Below, piece by piece: positions 59,494 through 64,000 of a stretch of DNA of 64,000 nt; within the stretch, counting starts at the first letter, position 1; every line of letters starts with the position of its first letter. The notes below the pieces were generated by a model, which was not told where the DNA came from, ran no database searches, and saw only the letters and a list, made by a program, of their open reading frames with translations. The DNA is taken from the NCBI GenBank assembly GCA_947627805.1, contig CANQXB010000001.1, positions 24,836-88,835 on the forward strand, read 5' to 3'. The position numbers and the translations under genes are program-made. Source of the stretch: an uncultured Bacilli bacterium (GTDB taxonomy: Bacteria; Bacillota_I; Bacilli_A; RF39; UBA660).

Positions 59494-60438
59494 CTATCCT
59501 AGATTTATAAATGCACGAGCTGCCGCAAAGGTCTCTCGTTGAAGAGCTGCGAAATTAATAGTCGGGTTCTTCCATTTCTTACAAATGAGAGCTATTTCAT
59601 CAAGAACCGCATCTCTCCAAACCATTTGTAGGTACATTCCAATATGCTTATTTGTTTTAGTACTGAATTGTTCGTTAAGAGTATTCTCAATTTTTGCGAT
59701 AGCTTTCCCGCATTCTTCATCAGTGACACAATATTTGACAATCTCTTTTTCTGTCTCTCCTGCGGGAATTACTTTCTTGCTCTTGGATTTGTCTTGTCGA
59801 TACTGCGGCCGCACATATTTACCAATTTCATAGCGGCCATATTTATTAAGATAATCAAGTCGCCGCACAACCAAACCTTCTCCAATAGCGCCATTGAGCA
59901 TTAGGAAAGTATTTTTTTCAGCCTCAGCCGCAATATCTTGTGTCGTTGGATTTTCAAGAGTTTTAAATGGTACATAATAAGGATATTTTTCTTCTCCATA
60001 CATGTCCCAATAGACATCAAGAAGCTCTCGCCATTCCGCATCTTCTAGGTAGCGGCCTGTGGATGAATCATAAATATCAAACACCCACAAGTGTTCAAGT
60101 GCTAGAGTTGGATCATAAGATTTAATGCTTCCGATAAATTTGCGGGAACCGAGCCATTCTCCATATATAATATAGGAAGGATTATCTGTTAGCACTTGCC
60201 GCAAAACAACCTTTTCAGAAGTATTTACATTAGACCACCAGAGAGCAAAATCTGCGTTGTCTTTCTCTATAGTGATGGTGCGAGTGCGGGAGCCTGCGCA
60301 AAATTCGCCATCATTGAACCAGACACAAGAATTAGTGCCATCCAGCTTTGGAGAAATTGTGACAGTGCCATTGAGAAGTCCTTCTACATCAGGAGACTCC
60401 AGTTTTTCAACATGATTATATGAACGATAAGTAGTCAT
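59494..60438 (-). CDS. RNA ligase, Rnl2-like covalent nucleotidyltransferase
   Basis: Motif I SPKLDGTN, motif III YIIYGEWLGS, motif IV GEGLVVRRL, motif V region; no OB/DNA-ligase-type C-terminal domain. Confidence 0.55.
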   Translation of the reverse strand: MTTYRSYNHVEKLESPDVEGLLNGTVTISPKLDGTNSCVWFNDGEFCAGSRTRTITIEKDNADFALWWSNVNTSEKVVLRQVLTDNPSYIIYGEWLGSRKFIGSIKSYDPTLALEHLWVFDIYDSSTGRYLEDAEWRELLDVYWDMYGEEKYPYYVPFKTLENPTTQDIAAEAEKNTFLMLNGAIGEGLVVRRLDYLNKYGRYEIGKYVRPQYRQDKSKSKKVIPAGETEKEIVKYCVTDEECGKAIAKIENTLNEQFSTKTNKHIGMYLQMVWRDAVLDEIALICKKWKNPTINFAALQRETFAAARAFINLG

Positions 60439-60464
60439 TGCGCTTCCTTTCTTTCGATGGTTAT

Positions 60465-60493
60465 ATTATATCATAGGAGAAAAAATCAGTCAA
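60465..60493 (-). promoter_or_regulatory. sigma-A-type promoter, TTGACT, 17 nt, TATAAT with TGn
   Basis: Minus-strand reading TTGACTgattttttctcctatgaTATAAT. Confidence 0.5.
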
Positions 60494-60530
60494 GATTTTT
60501 ATTAGGGTTAATTGTGTGAAATATTGCGGG

Positions 60531-60559
60531 TTGACTAAAGTTGCGGCGTATGGTATAAT
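60531..60559 (+). promoter_or_regulatory. plus-strand promoter, TTGACT, 17 nt, TGnTATAAT
   Basis: TTGACTaaagttgcggcgtatggTATAAT. Confidence 0.55.
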
Positions 60560-60602
60560 ATAGTTATTGAAAGGGCGCAAGACTAATAGATAGGAGTTCC
60601 CG

Positions 60603-60779
60603 CATGAATGACTGGAAAGAAGATTATGTGTATTATCAATATCTAAAGTATCGCGAGTGTCAAGAAGAGTATAAGCGCATCCAACAGCAACAAGAATTAA
60701 TTGATGAGTCAGATAATTGGGATAATTGGGAAACTGCTTTGGTTTATGATGCTTTTGGAGAGCCGCTTGTGGTTTAAAC
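60603..60779 (+). CDS. small hypothetical protein (58 aa), absent from the ORF track
   Basis: ATG behind RBS TAGGAG; MNDWKEDYVYYQYLKYRECQEEYKRIQQQQELIDESDNWDNWETALVYDAFGEPLVV. Confidence 0.35.
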
Positions 60780-60780
60780 G

Positions 60781-61395
60781 TTGATAGGAGATAGTTATAT
60801 GGAGATTATGCAGTATAAAAAACAAAATAATATGGTCTGTGTTGTTACTTTTAATAATATGGGTCATTATTGCGGGTATGTTGGTGTAAATAAATATCAT
60901 CCTTTCTTTGAGGTTGATTATCAAGACTTAGGGTGCGGCATCTCTGTACATGGTGGTCTTACTTATTCTGGAAAAGAAATTGGTGGAAAAGATATTGCGG
61001 ATGGTCAGTATTGGTTTCTTGGGTTTGATTGCGCGCATGCGGGTGATGTATGTAGTGAGGATGGTATTGATGCTTTTGGAGATGCGGTTTATGTGTGGAC
61101 CGCGGAATTGGTTATGCGGGAATGTGAGAATTTAGCTAGTCAGTTAAAGAAAATTTATGATGATTGTAAGAGTGAAATTTTAGAAATTGATACTGTCCAA
61201 GAGACAATGGAATCTATCTTAACTCAATTGTTGGAACTTGGTGAGACTGCGGACAAGTGTGAAGATAAAGCTGATGGTCCTATTAAATTGAGTTGGTATA
61301 AATTTAATGTTTTGCTTGATTTAGTAATTAGTACAGCAATGGATGCGGCTGATATGTTAGAAATTATACGTTGCCAAGAGCAAGGTAAGAAATAG
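60781..61395 (+). CDS. hypothetical protein
   Basis: 204-aa ORF followed by a terminator. Confidence 0.5.
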   Translation: MIGDSYMEIMQYKKQNNMVCVVTFNNMGHYCGYVGVNKYHPFFEVDYQDLGCGISVHGGLTYSGKEIGGKDIADGQYWFLGFDCAHAGDVCSEDGIDAFGDAVYVWTAELVMRECENLASQLKKIYDDCKSEILEIDTVQETMESILTQLLELGETADKCEDKADGPIKLSWYKFNVLLDLVISTAMDAADMLEIIRCQEQGKK

Positions 61396-61396
61396 G

Positions 61397-61426
61397 GTCT
61401 CATGAGAGGCCCTTATTTTTTCGCGC
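61397..61426 (+). terminator. rho-independent terminator
   Basis: GGGTCTC-atga-GAGGCCC followed by TTATTTTTT. Confidence 0.65.
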
Positions 61427-61493
61427 GGGCGGTCAGGTAAGATATTTCTTTAACTGCCGCATAATATTTTTTATCTGACCAGGCGGCCGCGTT

Positions 61494-61537
61494 TCTCTTA
61501 AGATAATTGTTAGAGAAGAAGTCTGGTAAGATAAGTG
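61494..61537. repeat. 44-bp direct repeat (left copy) bracketing the iteron array
   Basis: TCTCTTAAGATAATTGTTAGAGAAGAAGTCTGGTAAGATAAGTG; 41/44 identical to 62034-62077. Confidence 0.7.
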
Positions 61538-61750
61538 CAAGAGGAGATGAGTTTAGGAAAACCAGATAAAAAAAGTTAGGGGAATATGTTAAAAAAGTTA
61601 GGGGCCTAAAAGACAAAGACAAAGATATATAAAAGACATGTCATCTCTCTTTTAGTTTAGTATTTTTATCATGCTAAAACATGATATTTGATATTATATA
61701 TTAAAAATGATAAAAGAAATTTCGGAGAGACTATAAATAAACAGATAGTA

Positions 61751-61966
61751 AAAAATATAACACATTATTAGTAGGGTAATAAAAAATATAACACATTATA
61801 AAAAAAATATAACACAACTTATGCAAAAATATAACACATTATAAAAAAAATATAACACATTATTAGGAGTTATTTATTGACCCGATCAAAAATATAACAC
61901 ATTCCGATCAAAAATATAACACAACCCGCCGAAAAATATAACACAACCTATGCAAAAATATAACAC
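61751..61966. repeat. iteron array: 9 direct copies of AAAAATATAACAC(A), spaced mostly 21-22 bp; probable origin or initiator-binding site
   Basis: Copies start near 61751, 61782, 61803, 61825, 61846, 61888, 61910, 61932 and 61954. Confidence 0.7.
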
Positions 61967-62033
61967 CCTAAAAGTAATAAGTAATAAGTAATATAAAAGT
62001 AATGTCTCAACTTCTCTCTTAAGATAATTGTTA

Positions 62034-62077
62034 GAGAAGAAGTTTGATAAGATGAGTGTAAAAGAAGTACGGACTAA
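62034..62077. repeat. 44-bp direct repeat (right copy) bracketing the iteron array
   Basis: TCTCTTAAGATAATTGTTAGAGAAGAAGTTTGATAAGATGAGTG. Confidence 0.7.
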
Positions 62078-62098
62078 TTTGACATTATATATTTTTAT

Positions 62099-62127
62099 TG
62101 ATATAATTATATTAATTAAAATCAAAG
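62099..62127 (+). promoter_or_regulatory. plus-strand promoter, TTGACA, 17 nt, TATAAT
   Basis: TTGACAttatatatttttattgaTATAAT upstream of ORF 62147. Confidence 0.55.
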
Positions 62128-62146
62128 TTGAATATAAGGAGTATTA

Positions 62147-62878
62147 ATGGATAAAATTTTCATTAGTGTTGCAGAAGATCATATGAAGGAGAAGAATTAT
62201 AATCCTAAAGCTGTGGTTATTGCACAAGATTTAGGTTATATTCAAGAAGGTAATAGGGTTATTAATCGTCGAGAATTTACAACTTATCTTCAGCGAATAT
62301 TAAAAATAACTAAATATAAATGTAAAAAAATAATTGATACTTTTGTAGATACTGGTATTTTATTACAACATGATAATGACAGTAATATATTAATTATGCC
62401 AGCATTAAAAACAAATTTTCTAAAATTATTAAGAAGTACAACTAAATTTTGTATAGATGGTATAAGCGATTTTGCTTTTAAAGTATATTGTTATTTATTT
62501 AATAAATATAATATTAATCAAACTTATTGTAAACATCATAAAGAAAATTTTTTCTTTAGTAAAAAGCAGATATTAGCAGATTTAGGCTATAGTCGAGGAC
62601 AAGATAAATTAGTACAATTAACGAATGTTTTAACACTTTTACAAGATTTAAAAATGATTAATTATAATGAAAAAGGTATTGGTAGACCTGGTAACCATGG
62701 TACTTATCATGAACTTTATAAAGTGAATGAATATAGTCCTACACAAGTTAGAGCTTTAAATGTTACTATTGAAGAATTAGGGGTAGATAAATGTCCAGAA
62801 TTAGTTAAAGAACGAGATATGTTAGTAGAAAAAGAAAAATTTACGTTACCGGAGAAAAATGAAGGGTTTCAATTTTAA
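62147..62878 (+). CDS. hypothetical protein adjacent to the iterons, candidate replication initiator or iteron-binding protein
   Basis: 243-aa ORF with RBS AAGGAG; the functional guess rests on position only. Confidence 0.5.
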   Translation: MDKIFISVAEDHMKEKNYNPKAVVIAQDLGYIQEGNRVINRREFTTYLQRILKITKYKCKKIIDTFVDTGILLQHDNDSNILIMPALKTNFLKLLRSTTKFCIDGISDFAFKVYCYLFNKYNINQTYCKHHKENFFFSKKQILADLGYSRGQDKLVQLTNVLTLLQDLKMINYNEKGIGRPGNHGTYHELYKVNEYSPTQVRALNVTIEELGVDKCPELVKERDMLVEKEKFTLPEKNEGFQF

Positions 62879-62906
62879 AAGGAGAATAGTATGTATAAAG
62901 TTAAAT

Positions 62907-62966
62907 ATTATAAAGATTTTCTTATACCTTAAAGAATTATAAAGATTTTCTTATACCTCAAAGAAT
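62907..62966. repeat. tandem 30-bp direct repeat (2 copies)
   Basis: ATTATAAAGATTTTCTTATACCT(T/C)AAAGAA twice, head to tail. Confidence 0.6.
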
Positions 62967-63915
62967 TTGTGGTGCGCACATATAACAAGCGTTGTCAACA
63001 AAAATATTTTAAAATACATAACCATAACAAATTCTCGAACCTTCAAATTTATTATTTTGTTAAAAGTTAGCAATTTTAATGTTCAAACATACAATATTTT
63101 GTATTTTTTCAATATGTTTTTGATACAATATTTAGTATAGAATAGCGCAGTTAGTATAATTTTTTTTCAACCTACCAAATACTCGAGAGATAATAAAGTT
63201 AATAAATTTTGATAATGGATTTTGTTTATATTTAATATATATAAATTTTATACATATTTAATTTATTTTTAATATTTAAAAAATGATAAATCTTGAATCC
63301 TAGAAAATTTATAATAGGTGCGGAGCTGTGGAAAACTCAATAAAATTAATGGAAAACTTGTTGAAAGCTATTGAATTTTCAATGGAAAACTTGTTGAAAA
63401 CTTGTGGACAATCGTCTGAAGAGACAGGGCTAGCATAATTTTTCCTCAACCTGACAAGGACACGAGAGATAACAAATTCAATAAATTTTGATAGCAAATT
63501 GCGGGCCTCTGTGATATTAACTTTTTCGCTAGCTAAAACATTCATCTTACAGGGTTGCCGCGTATCAGTACCACCCTTATTACTATTTTCATTTCTACTT
63601 TTGGAATTGGGCTAACTTTAGTTAGTTAAGAATTGTTAAAAATAATTTTCAAGTTTGGGACTCCTAAATAGTTTTCATTTTCACTTTTGGAGACTCACGA
63701 AAAAAGTTTCATTTTAAGTAGAGGTTAGTAGCGCGAGAATCAGCCGAAGAGAATCTCATTTTCATTTCCAAAAGAAGTTTCAGTTCAAAATTTGTCTTTA
63801 CAGATAATAAAAAGTATTGTATAATATAGTCATCAAGAGAGGATAAGCCAGCTTGATAGAAGGAACAAAGTGTGGCTGTCCTGTGGTCTGAACTTTTTAA
63901 CTAGTTAAAAAAGTT

Positions 63916-63944
63916 TTGACAGTATAAAAATTTTATATTATAAT
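63916..63944 (+). promoter_or_regulatory. plus-strand promoter, TTGACA, 17 nt, TATAAT
   Basis: TTGACAgtataaaaattttatatTATAAT near the window end. Confidence 0.45.
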
Positions 63945-64000
63945 ATATGTGTAAGAAAGAGAAAAGAAAGAATAGTTAAAATATAATAAGCACTCCAAGA

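Noticed and set aside
61751-61966. CRISPR array hypothesis for the nine regularly spaced repeats
   Set aside because: Repeat unit is only 13-14 nt, spacers are 7-9 nt of near-identical AT-rich sequence, and there are no cas genes. The pattern fits iterons, not CRISPR.
1-64000. Prophage or integration signatures (integrase, att sites)
   Set aside because: No integrase, recombinase or repressor gene was recognised, and gene content is that of a virulent replicative phage. No att repeat was identified.

Overview
This window looks like part of a large, AT-rich (roughly 30% GC) lytic phage genome of a Firmicutes host. The identification rests on gene content and composition only; no database search was possible. 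From 1 to 9643 the plus strand carries late structural and lysis genes: a tail or baseplate protein, a tail fibre with internal repeats, a holin and an amidase plus SH3b endolysin. This block ends at a bidirectional terminator around 9651-9690. From about 9745 to 56707 there is a long minus-strand block of replication, nucleotide-metabolism and RNA-repair genes. It encodes NrdD and NrdG, dUTPase, a dNMP kinase, a DNA polymerase III alpha-like enzyme, a DnaB-like helicase, a DnaG-like primase, a RecJ-like nuclease, a RuvC-like resolvase, an ATP-dependent DNA ligase, a dCMP deaminase and a two-subunit type II topoisomerase. It also encodes RtcB, an Rnl2-like RNA ligase, a Ro60-like TROVE plus vWA protein, three metallophosphoesterase paralogues and a minimal nucleotidyltransferase. 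These genes are transcribed from about 17 near-consensus sigma-A-type promoters that share one extended motif (TTGACA, 17 nt, TGnTATAATATAAT). Four group I introns were found by reading across ORF boundaries. Two interrupt a P-loop recombination-type ATPase gene; each carries a LAGLIDADG homing endonuclease, and the pair share covarying stems. Two interrupt the GyrB-like topoisomerase gene; one carries a GIY-YIG homing endonuclease and one has no ORF. This uncovers a 78-aa Toprim exon that is absent from the ORF track. Three tRNA genes are present: Arg-TCT, Pro-TGG, and an odd long-variable-arm tRNA with an apparent UAU anticodon. The most unusual stretch is a roughly 1.4 kb ORF-free, GC-rich, hairpin-dense region at 48230-49620. 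It lies between rtcB and tRNA-Pro, is driven by three consensus promoters, and ends in a tRNA-like T-arm and acceptor module. Together with the phage Ro60 homologue, RtcB, the Rnl2-like ligase and the tRNAs, this suggests an RNA repair and quality-control system built around one or more large structured ncRNAs that do not resemble anything I can name from sequence alone. Possibilities include Y-RNA-like, GOLLD-like or ROOL-like RNAs; all of this is inference. Also present are an iteron-type origin (9 copies of AAAAATATAACAC bracketed by 44-bp direct repeats) and strong over-representation of the GC-rich motif TTCCCGC and of CCGCGG in an AT-rich background.
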